Positions 27,587 to 37,007 of a stretch of DNA of 64,000 bases are shown here, one piece after another. The notes below the pieces were generated by a model. The model was not told where the DNA came from. It made no database searches and worked only from the letters and a program-made list of their open reading frames with translations. The stretch spans positions 669,613-733,612 of the forward strand of contig CAWGTX010000001.1 in assembly GCA_963825585.1 (NCBI GenBank), given 5' to 3'. A program made the position numbers and the translations under genes. The first letter of the stretch is position 1, and the number at the start of each line of letters is the position of its first letter. Origin of the DNA: an uncultured bacterium. GTDB lineage: Bacteria > Actinomycetota > Acidimicrobiia > Spongiisociales > ZC4RG35.

Positions 27587-29502
27587 ATGGCGACAACGGT
27601 GAGCATGCCCCAGTTGGGTGAGACGGTGACCGAAGGGACGATCCTTCGGTGGGCGAAGCAGGTCGGCGACACGATTTCGGCCGACGAGGTGCTGGTGGAG
27701 ATCTCGACCGACAAGGTCGACACCGAGGTGCCTTCGCCGGCGTCCGGTGTGGTGTTGGAGATCCTGGTCGCCGAAGGTGACACGGTGGCTGTGGGCACTG
27801 CCCTCGCCCTGATCGGTGAGGCCTCCGATGCGACCGGTGGCTATCCGAGTCCTGAACCCGAGCCCGCGAAGGCGCCCGCCCCGGCAGAGTCCGCCGCCCA
27901 GCCTGCCCCCGATTCGGCAGCAGCCACCGCTGCCGAGCCGGCGGCGCCGGCCCCCGCCCCGGAACCCCAACCCGCCGCTCAACCGGCCGCCTCAGCCCCC
28001 GCCGCCACCGTGACGATGCCCCAGTTGGGTGAGACGGTGACCGAAGGGACGATCCTTCGGTGGGCGAAGCAGGTCGGCGACACGATTTCGGCCGACGAGG
28101 TGCTGGTGGAGATCTCGACCGACAAGGTCGACACCGAGGTGCCTTCGCCGGCGTCCGGTGTGGTGTTGGAGATCCTGGTCGCCGAAGGTGACACGGTGGC
28201 TGTGGGCACTGCCCTCGCCCTGATCGGAGAGGCCTCGGGCTCGACCGGAGCTGCCCCCCAGCCGGCGCCCCCTGCCCCTGAGACAGCCCCCCAGCCGGCC
28301 TCCGAGCCGGCTCCCCAGGAGGCAGGGCCGACGCCCCCGTTCAGGGGGAGGGCCAGTCGTCGTCCCAGGCGGCGCCGTCAACCGAACCCTCGCCCGCCCC
28401 CGCCGCCGCATCAGGGGAAGGATCCGCTCCTGGGGGCCGTCTGCTGTCGCCGGTTGTCCGCCGACTCGTTCGCGAGAACGGCCTCGACGTCGATCGCATC
28501 CCCGGAACCGGCGAGGGTGGTCGCATCACCCGGAAGGACGTCGAGTCCTTCGTCGCTGCCGCCGCTTCCGCACCGGCGGCCTCGGCACCGGCAACTCAGA
28601 CTCCCGCCGCCGAGACCACCCAGCCTCCACCGGCCGAGGCGCCGGCTGCTGCTCCCGCCGCTCCTGCCGCCGAGTCGACTCCGGCAGCCGCTCCCGTAGC
28701 CTCTGTGTCTGCCCCGGCCTCGGTGCCGGCTCCGACGCCGGCCGCTCGCCCCACCCCGCCCACACCGGTGGCCGCATCGGGTGGCGACGAGACGGTCGAG
28801 TTGGACAGACTCCGGGTGCGTATCGGCGAGAACATGATCCGGGCCAAGCAGACCGCGGCCCACGTGTGGACCTCGGTGGAAGTCGACTACGAGCGGGTCG
28901 AGCGAGTTCGGCAGCGTCACAAGGACGCGTTCAAGGCCGCCGAGGGCTTCTCGCTCACGTACCTCCCGTTCATCGCCCGGGCCACCGTCGACGCCCTTCA
29001 GGAGTTCCCGGTGGTCAACTCGTCGTTCTACCTCGAAGAACGCAAGGCCGTGTTCCACAGGGCCGTGAATCTCGGCATCGCCATCGACCTCAACCAGAAG
29101 GGCCTGGTGGTGGCCTCGGTCAGGTCGTCCGACGGTCTCCGGCTCGTCGGGATCGCCCGCCAGATTCGCGCTCTGGCCGACAAGGCACGGGACGGGAAGC
29201 TCGACCCCGACGATGTGTCCGGCTCCACCTTCACCATCACCAACCCGGGGCCGTTCGGATCGTTCATGTCGGCGCCGATCATCAACGTCCCCAACACCGG
29301 CATTCTGTCGACCGAGACGGTCACCAAGCGACCGGCGGTCGTGACGGGCGCAGACGGTGAGGACGTGATCGCCATCCGTCACATCGGCTACCTGGGCCTC
29401 ACCTGGGATCACCGGGCCTTCGACGGCTCCACCGCCGTCCTGTTCCTACAGCGCATCAAGCAGAACCTGGAGAGTTGGGACTGGGAGCAAGAACTCGCCT
29501 GA
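27587..29502 (+). CDS. 2-oxoacid dehydrogenase E2 acyltransferase (two lipoyl domains, PSBD, catalytic domain), reading frame interrupted near 28330
   Basis: Lipoyl domains ([11 protein letters not shown]) in the 27587 frame. PSBD ([39 protein letters not shown]) and catalytic domain (DHRAFDG) continue in the frame of ORF 28705..29502. The frame change sits at a C5 run (gacgcccccgtt) and is repaired by one extra C. Confidence 0.8.
27605..28227 (+). repeat. Perfect 212-nt tandem duplication (27605-27816 and 28016-28227) encoding identical lipoyl domains
   Basis: 100% nucleotide identity between the two copies, offset 411 nt. The mirrored antisense ORFs 26857..27798 and 27979..28209 share an identical N-terminal peptide. 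Confidence 0.85.
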
Positions 29503-30060
29503 TGGCGAAGAGCTCCTATGTGGCCGAGATCCGATCGTTGGTCGGATCTGGCCCCTCATGCTGTCGTCTGCGGCGGCAGTGGTGCTGGACGAGGCCGGTC
29601 GCATCCTGCTGAGCCGCCATGAGGTCGGTGACCGATGAGTGATCCCGGGCGGCATCATCGATCCCGAGGAGAATCCGGCGCAGGGCCATGGTGCGAGAGG
29701 TGAAGGAGGAGACCGGCCTGGACGTGGTACCAGTCCGGCTGGTGGGTGTGGGGCGGCACACCGGAGCAATGGTCAGCTCGAGGCGATTCCCAAGTCGATG
29801 GCGGTGATCGCAGTCGTACTCGACGGAACCATCATCACCGCCTGTGGATCAACGCCACCTACAACGCCATCTCCGACGCCGATGGCAAGCCGTACCAGGT
29901 CGTCAAGTTCGCCTCGATCGAGTCCGCCAGGGAGGGCGACGCCGGGCGGCCTCGACCGCTGCATCGGCGGTCGACGATTCCTCCCAGGACACGACGGCAG
30001 AGGGCGCCGAGTTGCGGGCGATGGCAGACTGACGCTGTCATCCGGAGCGCCCCCTCCTGC
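29502..30060 (+). pseudogene. NUDIX hydrolase pseudogene (at least 3 frameshifts)
   Basis: Nudix-box pieces spread across three frames: [17 protein letters not shown] / PLMLSSAAAVVLDEAGRILLSRHEVGDR / VIPGGIIDPEENPAQ / MVREVKEETGLDVVPVRLVGVWGG. The ATG overlaps the E2 stop (TGATG). Confidence 0.5.
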
Positions 30061-30194
30061 GACGTAGTACCCGCCCGGGTCCTGATGAGGTGTCGAGTTC
30101 CTGGGCTTCGCGTTCCCTGCTGAGACCGTCTGGGGTCCCGACCGACGATTGCACGCTGCCTTCCCATGTGACCGCAGTCGGGCATAGTGACGGG

Positions 30195-31559
30195 GTGCGC
30201 GTCGTTCTGGCTTCACTCACAGTGCTGTCGCTCATGTCCGTTGCAGGTCAGGCGGCCGCTGACGACTACCCGTCCGGCCGTTTCGATGATGACGACCGCC
30301 ACCCGGCCGAGGTGGCGATGAACGTCCTCGCCGACTGGGGCGTCGTCGACGGGTGCAACCCGCCGGCCAACACCCACTCGTGTCCGGACTCGTCGGTCAC
30401 CAGGGCCGAGGCGGCCAAGATCGTGGTCGAGATCGGTGAGTTCACCGGAGGGCTACTGGAGGGCGGTGGCGGCGAGACTGATCGTTTCGTCGACGACGGA
30501 GAGGCGCTCGGTGGCGGTGCGGAGCGATACTTCGAAACACTGGCCGGCATCGCTGCGCTCCATGGTTGCGATCCGCCCACCAACAGACGCGTCTGCCCCG
30601 ATCGAGGGGTCACACGGGGCCAGATCGCCAAGATTCTCGTCGCCGCCTACGGACTCGAAGCACCCGCCGACCACGACGCTCCCTGGGCCGACATCAACGG
30701 GGAGTTCTACGCCGATGCCGCTCGCATCGCCTCCTACCACGGGATGTGGGACGAGCGTTCCCGCTTCGACGGTCACCAGCGTGCGACCCGCGGCGAGCTG
30801 GCGACGGCAGCGCTCGAGGCCTCCGGGACGACGGTGTGCCGCCCAGACCCGTTCACCCAGGCCCACGTGGCCGAATTGGAGGATCGGTATCCGGGAAAGC
30901 TGATCACCGCCCACGTCTACGACACCAGGACCGGATGCCACTACCGGCTCTCGCACGACAATCGCCAGCGCACGGCATCGGTGTTCAAGGTGATGGTGAT
31001 GGCGGGCACGCTCCTGGAAGCACAGGACGACGGACGTGCCGTGTCCACCTGGGAGCTGAGCCAACTGGATCCCATGATCACCGAATCGGCCAACGGTCCG
31101 GTCCGCTCGCTTTGGTACTCGTTCGGTGCGGCACCCTGGTACCGCAATCAGGGTCGAATCTTCGGACTGGAGGACACCACGGTCCGCGGCGACGACGGCA
31201 GCGCCTGGGGCCTCACCACCACGTCGGCTGCCGATCAGGTCGACCTGATCCGGCAGGTTCTCCTCGGAGACTGGGGTCCTCTTTCCGCCGAGTCGCAGGC
31301 CCTTGCGATCGACCTCATGACCGACGTGGTGCCCAGCCAGACCTGGGGCGTGACCGCCGGAGTCCCAGACGGATGGACCGTCGCCCAGAAGAACGGCTTT
31401 GCGGGCATCACCATCAACTCGGTCGGCTGGGTCGACGAACCGGGGTCCAGCAACGGTTACGTGGTCGCCATCCTGAGCCAGGGATGGCCCGATCACCCCA
31501 GCGGCATCGCGGCTGTGGAGCGAGTCAACCGGTGGGTGGCGGAGGCGATGACGGAGTGA
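30195..31559 (+). CDS. Secreted protein: N-terminal SLH-like repeats fused to class A beta-lactamase-like / serine-hydrolase (PBP-like) domain
   Basis: Signal VRVVLASLTVLSLMSVAGQAAA (GTG 30195, uncertain). SLH-like repeats (GVVDGCNPPANTHSCPDSSVTRAEAAKIVV; ALHGCDPPTNRRVCPDRGVTRGQIAKILV). Serine-hydrolase motifs SVFK (SxxK), SAN (SxN) and KNG (KTG-like). Confidence 0.6.
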   Translation: MRVVLASLTVLSLMSVAGQAAADDYPSGRFDDDDRHPAEVAMNVLADWGVVDGCNPPANTHSCPDSSVTRAEAAKIVVEIGEFTGGLLEGGGGETDRFVDDGEALGGGAERYFETLAGIAALHGCDPPTNRRVCPDRGVTRGQIAKILVAAYGLEAPADHDAPWADINGEFYADAARIASYHGMWDERSRFDGHQRATRGELATAALEASGTTVCRPDPFTQAHVAELEDRYPGKLITAHVYDTRTGCHYRLSHDNRQRTASVFKVMVMAGTLLEAQDDGRAVSTWELSQLDPMITESANGPVRSLWYSFGAAPWYRNQGRIFGLEDTTVRGDDGSAWGLTTTSAADQVDLIRQVLLGDWGPLSAESQALAIDLMTDVVPSQTWGVTAGVPDGWTVAQKNGFAGITINSVGWVDEPGSSNGYVVAILSQGWPDHPSGIAAVERVNRWVAEAMTE

Positions 31560-31560
31560 A

Positions 31561-31679
31561 GCTGCTGGCTACTGGCTTCTAGCTGCTGGCCCGGACTCAC
31601 AACGAGAGAAGGTGCTCTAGCGGCCAGCTCGTCGCTCGTCGTGCAAAACCCAGGAGCCAGCAGCCAGCAGCCAGTAGCC
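31561..31679. repeat. Intergenic repeat element with inverted (GCTGGCT)n-type arms (GCTGCTGGCTACTGGCTTCTAGCTGCTGGC ... CCAGGAGCCAGCAGCCAGCAGCCAGTAGCC)
   Basis: The two arms are near reverse complements of each other, placed between the beta-lactamase-like gene and lipB. Confidence 0.5.
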
Positions 31680-31719
31680 GATTCGCCGCTATCTCTCGCA
31701 TCGTGGTACCAATCGGGCT

Positions 31720-33396
31720 GTGAGTACCACTCTGAGGGTTCGTTGGCTGGGTCGGCTTCCGTACAAGGAGGCGTGGGATCTCCAACGCGCCATTCACGAA
31801 GGGCGGGTAGGCGGCCGGACCGCTGACGACTACCTGCTACTGCTCGAACATCCGCATGTCTACACCATCGGGCGCAACGGCAACGGGTCGAACCTCCTGA
31901 TCGACGAGGCGGACCTTGGTGACATCGGCGCCGAGATCCACCGGGTGGATCGTGGGGGTGACATCACCTATCACGGTCCCGGTCAGCTGGTCGGATACCC
32001 GATCATCCAACTCGACAATCCGATGCAGGTGGTGCCGCACGTCCGGCGGCTGGAAGAGGTGCTGATCGCCACCCTGGCCGAGTGGGGGATAGCGGGCTGG
32101 CGGGAAGAGGGACTGACCGGAGTGTGGACCGAGCGTGGAAAGGTCGCCGCCATCGGCGTGCGCGTGGCCCGCCAGGTCACGATGCACGGGTTCGCGCTCA
32201 ACCTCGATCCCGACATGGCGTACTTCCAGCGGATGAACCCATGCGGGATCGCAGATCGACCCGTGACCTCCGTCGCGGAGCTGCTGGGGAGCCGGATCTC
32301 ACTCGAGGAGGCCACCGAGACGCTCATCCCGCAGTTCGCCCGGGTCTTCGGTGCCGGACAGCCCGAGGTCCAGAAGGCCGCGTTCGTACGCGGCCAGGGC
32401 CGCCAGCGTGAGTTCGAGGTCGACCGCCTCCTGGCCGACGGGACGTTCTCGCTCGAGAAGCGAACGGCCGAACCGGTGCTCATCAGCGGTCGGCTCCCGG
32501 GAGAGCCGGCGAGGCCGGATTGGATGAAGGTGACCGCCCGGATGGACGGCGACTATCTCGAGCTCAAGAAGATGATGCGGGGCATGGAGCTGCACACCGT
32601 CTGCGAGGAGGCGGGTTGTCCGAACATCTTCGAGTGCTGGGGGATGGGCACCGCCACGCTCATGATCCTCGGGGACAAGTGCACCCGGGCCTGTTCGTTC
32701 TGCAATGTCACCACGGGGCGGCCCACCGAACTCGACGTGATGGAGCCGTTCCGGGCCGCCGGTGCCGTCGCCTCGATGAACCTCAAACATGCCGTCATCA
32801 CCTCGGTCAACCGTGACGACCTCGACGACGGCGGTTCAGGCATCTTCGCCCAGACCATCGCAGAGAGTCGTCGGCGTTCTCCGGGAACCGACATCGAGGT
32901 CCTCATCCCCGACTTCAAGGGGGAAGTCGAGCCGCTCGAGACGTTGATGGCGGCCCGACCGGACGTCCTCAACCACAACACCGAGACGGTGTTGCGACTC
33001 CAGCGCGACATCCGGACGTCGGCCAACTATGGGCGATCGTTGGCGCTGCTGGCGAGGGCGCGCTGGCTCAATCCCGACGGCCTGACCAAGTCGGGGCTGA
33101 TCGTCGGGATGGGTGAAAGCGACGAGGAGGTCCTGGGGACTCTGGCCGATCTGAGGGCGGTGGGGGTCGACATCATCACCATCGGGCAGTACCTGCGGCC
33201 GACAGCACGTCACCGTCCCATCCACCGGTACGTCCACCCGGATCAGTTCGCCCGGTTCAAGGAGTACGGCGAGGCGATCGGTATTCCCCACGTCGAGTCG
33301 GGCCCATTGGTCCGGTCCAGTTATCACGCCAAGGACTCGGTCGAGCGGCTGACACCCGACCGACAATTCACACCAGTGACCATCGGAAGGCGCTGA
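31720..33396 (+). CDS. lipB-lipA: Octanoyltransferase LipB fused in-frame to lipoyl synthase LipA (single 558-aa ORF)
   Basis: The N-terminal ~220 aa is LipB (RVDRGGDITYHGPGQLVGYPI). The C-terminal ~320 aa is LipA (CEEAGCPNIFEC and radical-SAM CTRACSFC). About 50 aa of linker joins them, with no in-frame stop between. Confidence 0.75.
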   Translation: MSTTLRVRWLGRLPYKEAWDLQRAIHEGRVGGRTADDYLLLLEHPHVYTIGRNGNGSNLLIDEADLGDIGAEIHRVDRGGDITYHGPGQLVGYPIIQLDNPMQVVPHVRRLEEVLIATLAEWGIAGWREEGLTGVWTERGKVAAIGVRVARQVTMHGFALNLDPDMAYFQRMNPCGIADRPVTSVAELLGSRISLEEATETLIPQFARVFGAGQPEVQKAAFVRGQGRQREFEVDRLLADGTFSLEKRTAEPVLISGRLPGEPARPDWMKVTARMDGDYLELKKMMRGMELHTVCEEAGCPNIFECWGMGTATLMILGDKCTRACSFCNVTTGRPTELDVMEPFRAAGAVASMNLKHAVITSVNRDDLDDGGSGIFAQTIAESRRRSPGTDIEVLIPDFKGEVEPLETLMAARPDVLNHNTETVLRLQRDIRTSANYGRSLALLARARWLNPDGLTKSGLIVGMGESDEEVLGTLADLRAVGVDIITIGQYLRPTARHRPIHRYVHPDQFARFKEYGEAIGIPHVESGPLVRSSYHAKDSVERLTPDRQFTPVTIGRR

Positions 33397-33450
33397 TGGT
33401 TGACGATCCGGGCACACGATGAGGTGGCGAACAGTGGAAGGAGCGACAGA

Positions 33451-33480
33451 GGTCCTGTCGTCGGAGCGGTCGACAGGACC
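33451..33480 (+). terminator. Candidate stem-loop terminator downstream of lipB-lipA (10-bp perfect stem GGTCCTGTCG/CGACAGGACC)
   Basis: Perfect inverted repeat with a 10-nt loop, 55 nt after the lipA stop; no U-tract. Confidence 0.35.
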
Positions 33481-33716
33481 AGCAGGGGCAGGTCCGACAT
33501 CCCTGTCCGCTGAACCTCGATGAACAGGCGGTGACAGAGCGCACGGAATGATTCTCGGCGGACCGAAGGGCGTGGAACATCCGCCCATCGTGGATGTGTC
33601 GTATACGACGTATCGACCTATTGTCGAGCCGTCGCGGCGTCGCCTGGGTGGAGGGTTGGCACCAGGTTCTACCAGCGGTTTGAGGTCATTTGAGAAGGGG
33701 GAGAGGGGCTCATCGG

Positions 33717-34880
33717 ATGAGGGTGCTACACGTTGTGGACAGCCTGGCGGGGTCGGGGGGCGCAGAGCATGGGCTCGTGCGTGAGATCACCCGCTTCTCA
33801 CCGCATGTAGAGCAGCGTGTGGTCCGTCTGTACGAACGGGCCGAGCTGGAGCCACTCCTCACCGATGCCGGGATCGAGGTGACGGCGCTGGGGTTCGCCG
33901 CGACCTCCGGCTCGCGTACCTTTCCGCAGGCCGCACTGAAACTCCGGCCGATCGTGAAGGCGTACCGTCCGGAGGTCATCCACACCAGTCTGTTTCTCGG
34001 CAATCTGGTCGGCCAGATGGCGGCGAGGTCGACGGGAATTCCAGTGCTTTCGACGTTCGTGCTGTCGGGAGACCTGGCGTTGCTCAAGGCAACCCAGCCG
34101 GGAGCGGCGTCCCTGAAAGCAGCGGGTATCCGGCGGATCGCCGCACTGTCGGCCCGCCTCAGTGGCGCCAGTTTCCGCGCTCTGTCCAACGATGCCCGCA
34201 TCACCAACTGCCGGCTTCTCGGCGTGCCCTTCGACCGGGTCGAAGTGATTCCGCGGGGTGTCCCGGAACCGGTGGGCCAGCTCATGACGCGTGCCGATCT
34301 GGGCCTGCCCGACGATGTTCCACTCATCGTCAACGTGGCCCGCGTTGCCGCCCAGAAGGGGCAGGTCCATCTGCTCAGGAGCTTCGCTTCCCTGCGCCTG
34401 CAGCGGCCCGATGCCCATCTCGTCATCGTGGGCAGGGCGGGTGACGCCGAACGGAGCGTCGACGGCGAGATCGCCCGGCTCGGTCTGACGGGTCATGTGA
34501 CGATGCTCGGGTACACGCCGTACGCCCGTCACGTGGTCTCGCACGCCTCGGTGTTCGCCTTCAGTTCGCTGATGGAAGGTCTGGGCACCGCGGTGATCGA
34601 GGCACTGGTGGCGAAAGTGCCGGTGGTGGCGTTCGACATCCCCCCGGTTCGAGACGCGACCGACAACGGACGTGGGGCGAGGCTGGTGCCTCTGGGCGAT
34701 GAAGCGGGATTCACCGCCGGGCTCCTCGCCGGTCTTCAAGGTGAACTCGCCACGGTCGCCGATCACGGTGCGACCTTTGCGGCCGAGCACGGCAACCTCG
34801 ACGACATCTCTGCCCGGCTCGAGCGACTGCTGACATCGGTCGCCGCGCGCAAACCGGTGGGTGCGTCTCTGGACCACTGA
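33717..34880 (+). CDS. Glycosyltransferase family 4
   Basis: MRVLHVVDSLAGSGGAEHG N-terminus and EGLGTAVIEALVAKVPVVAFD E-x7-E region. ATG preceded by GAAGGGGGAGAGGGG. Confidence 0.8.
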   Translation: MRVLHVVDSLAGSGGAEHGLVREITRFSPHVEQRVVRLYERAELEPLLTDAGIEVTALGFAATSGSRTFPQAALKLRPIVKAYRPEVIHTSLFLGNLVGQMAARSTGIPVLSTFVLSGDLALLKATQPGAASLKAAGIRRIAALSARLSGASFRALSNDARITNCRLLGVPFDRVEVIPRGVPEPVGQLMTRADLGLPDDVPLIVNVARVAAQKGQVHLLRSFASLRLQRPDAHLVIVGRAGDAERSVDGEIARLGLTGHVTMLGYTPYARHVVSHASVFAFSSLMEGLGTAVIEALVAKVPVVAFDIPPVRDATDNGRGARLVPLGDEAGFTAGLLAGLQGELATVADHGATFAAEHGNLDDISARLERLLTSVAARKPVGASLDH

Positions 34881-35829
34881 CCTTCCGTTTGGGCGGTCTC
34901 CGGCTACATTCTTCGCCGTGGTGGGTAGCGGAAACGCCGGCAGTCCGGTTCGGGGTCCCCGAACAGAGGCCCTCTTCGATCGCGCCCTCGGTCTCGGAAT
35001 GGTGGGCCGGCTGGCTCGAATCACCGTCAACGCCCCGCTGCGGGTACTGGCCTATCACGACATCAAGGACGCGGATGGGTTCGCAGCGCAGATGGAACAC
35101 ATCGCAGAGCGATACCGACCCGTCTCGGTAGCCGATGTCGTCGAGTGGCTGGACGGTGGCACGTTGCCCCCGGCGGCGGTGTGGGTGACCTTCGATGACG
35201 CAGACCCCACCGTCGTGGAAGATGGATTGCCCGTGCTCGAGCACTACGACGTGCCCGCCACCATGTTCATCTGTCCGGGCGTGATCGACACCGACCGGCC
35301 GTACTGGTGGCAGATCGTGGAGCGGACTGCGCCCACCGAGGTGGGGGGATTGAAACTGGCGGAGGATGGCCGACGCCTGGAACGGGTGGCCGAACTCTCC
35401 GATACCTACGTCGAGCGCCATGGCGCCCGTCCCACCCACGAACAGCTGACTCGTATCCAGCTGGAACGCTGGCTCGAGTCGGGGAGAGACATCGGCAACC
35501 ACACGTGGGACCACCCGCTCCTCGACCGCTGTGACGACGCAGAGCAGGAGCGCCAGATCGTGATGGCGCACGACTGGATCCTCGATCGTTTCGCCCCCGA
35601 ACATCTGGTGTTCGCCTACCCCAACGGGAATCGGTCACCCCACGCAGAGGTGGTGCTGAACCGGCTCGGCTACCGGGTGAGCGTTCTGTTCGACCATCGT
35701 CTGACCTCGTTGGCCGCGAGCGGGAGGTTGTCCCGGCTCCGGACGAACGCCGACGGGGACCTTGCCCGCTTCCGCTCGATCGTGTCGGGTGTGCATCCCA
35801 CCATCCACCGCCTACGCGGCGGGCGATGA
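34861..35829 (+). CDS. Polysaccharide deacetylase (NodB homology)
   Basis: VTFDDADP and HTWDHP NodB motifs. GTG at 34861 overlaps the GT4 stop by 20 nt; alternative ATG at 34999. Confidence 0.75.
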   Translation: MRLWTTDLPFGRSPATFFAVVGSGNAGSPVRGPRTEALFDRALGLGMVGRLARITVNAPLRVLAYHDIKDADGFAAQMEHIAERYRPVSVADVVEWLDGGTLPPAAVWVTFDDADPTVVEDGLPVLEHYDVPATMFICPGVIDTDRPYWWQIVERTAPTEVGGLKLAEDGRRLERVAELSDTYVERHGARPTHEQLTRIQLERWLESGRDIGNHTWDHPLLDRCDDAEQERQIVMAHDWILDRFAPEHLVFAYPNGNRSPHAEVVLNRLGYRVSVLFDHRLTSLAASGRLSRLRTNADGDLARFRSIVSGVHPTIHRLRGGR

Positions 35830-35906
35830 TCGCGGTCGGGAGCCTGGTCGGCAGCCCCACAGATTCCCAGACGAGTCATCGTGCTCGGTCCACCTAGGAT
35901 CGAGGA

Positions 35907-36995
35907 ATGTTCGACTACCACCAGCGGATCCGGCGGGCCCGTGGAGTCATGGATCGACTGGGCATCGACTGCCTGCTCGTTTCCGTCGGGCCCGACCTCC
36001 CGTACCTGACCGGGTACGAGGCCATGGCTTCCGAACGCCTCACGATGCTCGTCGTGGGACGGGAGGACGAAGCGACCCTGGTGATACCCGAGCTCGAGGC
36101 TCCCCGGGTTGCACCAGGACCGTTCCGGATCAGGGCGTGGTCGGAGACCGACGACCCAACAGGCATCGTTGCGTCGCTCGCCGGCAGACCCGCGGTCGCC
36201 GCCGTGGGTGACCACATGAGGGCGGTGTTCCTGCTCGGTCTCCTGCCGCTGCTGCCGGCCACCACCTTCGTCCCGGCTTCGGTGCTCACCCGGGTGCTGA
36301 GGGAGGTGAAGGAGCCCGCCGAAGTCGAGGCTCTTCGGGCGGCGGCGCAGGCGGTCGACCGGATCGCCGGAAGCATCCCCAGCGAGGTGCGGTTCGGGGG
36401 ACGGAGCGAGCAGGCGGTGGCGCGTGACATCGTCGAGATGACGCTGGGCGAAGGCCACGAAACCGCTTCGTTCTGGATCGTGGCGACAGGACCCAACTCC
36501 GCTTCGCCGCACCACGAACCGGGAGACCGGGTCATCGCCCGGGGCGATTCGGTGGTGGTGGACTTCGGGGGGCGGATGAGCGGCTACTGCTCGGACATCA
36601 CCCGCACGTTCGTGGTGGGGGAGCCGTCGGCGGAGCTGTCCGAGGTGCATTCCGTGGTCGCGGCCGCCCAGGCGGCGGCCCGATCGCATGCTCGGACAGG
36701 TGTGACGGCTGCTTCGGTGGACGCCGCCGCGCGTGAGGTGATCACCGATGCCGGCTACGGCGCGTACTTCGTCCACCGACTGGGGCACGGTATCGGGTTG
36801 GAAGGGCACGAACATCCCTATCTGGTGGCGGGCAACCAGCAGATCCTCCAACCCGGCAATGCGTTCTCGATCGAACCGGGCATCTACCTACCGGATCGGT
36901 TCGGCGTGAGGATCGAGGACATCGCCGTGATCGCCTCGGACGGCAGTCTCGACGTCCTCAACCGGTCGGATCGGTCGCTGCGTACGGTGGATTGA
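35907..36995 (+). CDS. M24 family Xaa-Pro aminopeptidase / creatinase-fold metallopeptidase
   Basis: Metal-ligand pattern DFGGRMSGYCSDITRT ... HRLGHGIGLEGHE ... SIEPGIY ... RIEDIAV. Confidence 0.8.
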   Translation: MFDYHQRIRRARGVMDRLGIDCLLVSVGPDLPYLTGYEAMASERLTMLVVGREDEATLVIPELEAPRVAPGPFRIRAWSETDDPTGIVASLAGRPAVAAVGDHMRAVFLLGLLPLLPATTFVPASVLTRVLREVKEPAEVEALRAAAQAVDRIAGSIPSEVRFGGRSEQAVARDIVEMTLGEGHETASFWIVATGPNSASPHHEPGDRVIARGDSVVVDFGGRMSGYCSDITRTFVVGEPSAELSEVHSVVAAAQAAARSHARTGVTAASVDAAAREVITDAGYGAYFVHRLGHGIGLEGHEHPYLVAGNQQILQPGNAFSIEPGIYLPDRFGVRIEDIAVIASDGSLDVLNRSDRSLRTVD

Positions 36996-37007
36996 CGCCC
37001 TTGGCGT

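Noticed and set aside
30453-31582. Overlapping ORFs 30453..31496 (-) and 30566..31582 (+)
   Set aside because: They are alternative frames of the SLH/beta-lactamase-like gene, which has the clear SxxK/SxN/KTG-like motifs. No independent support.
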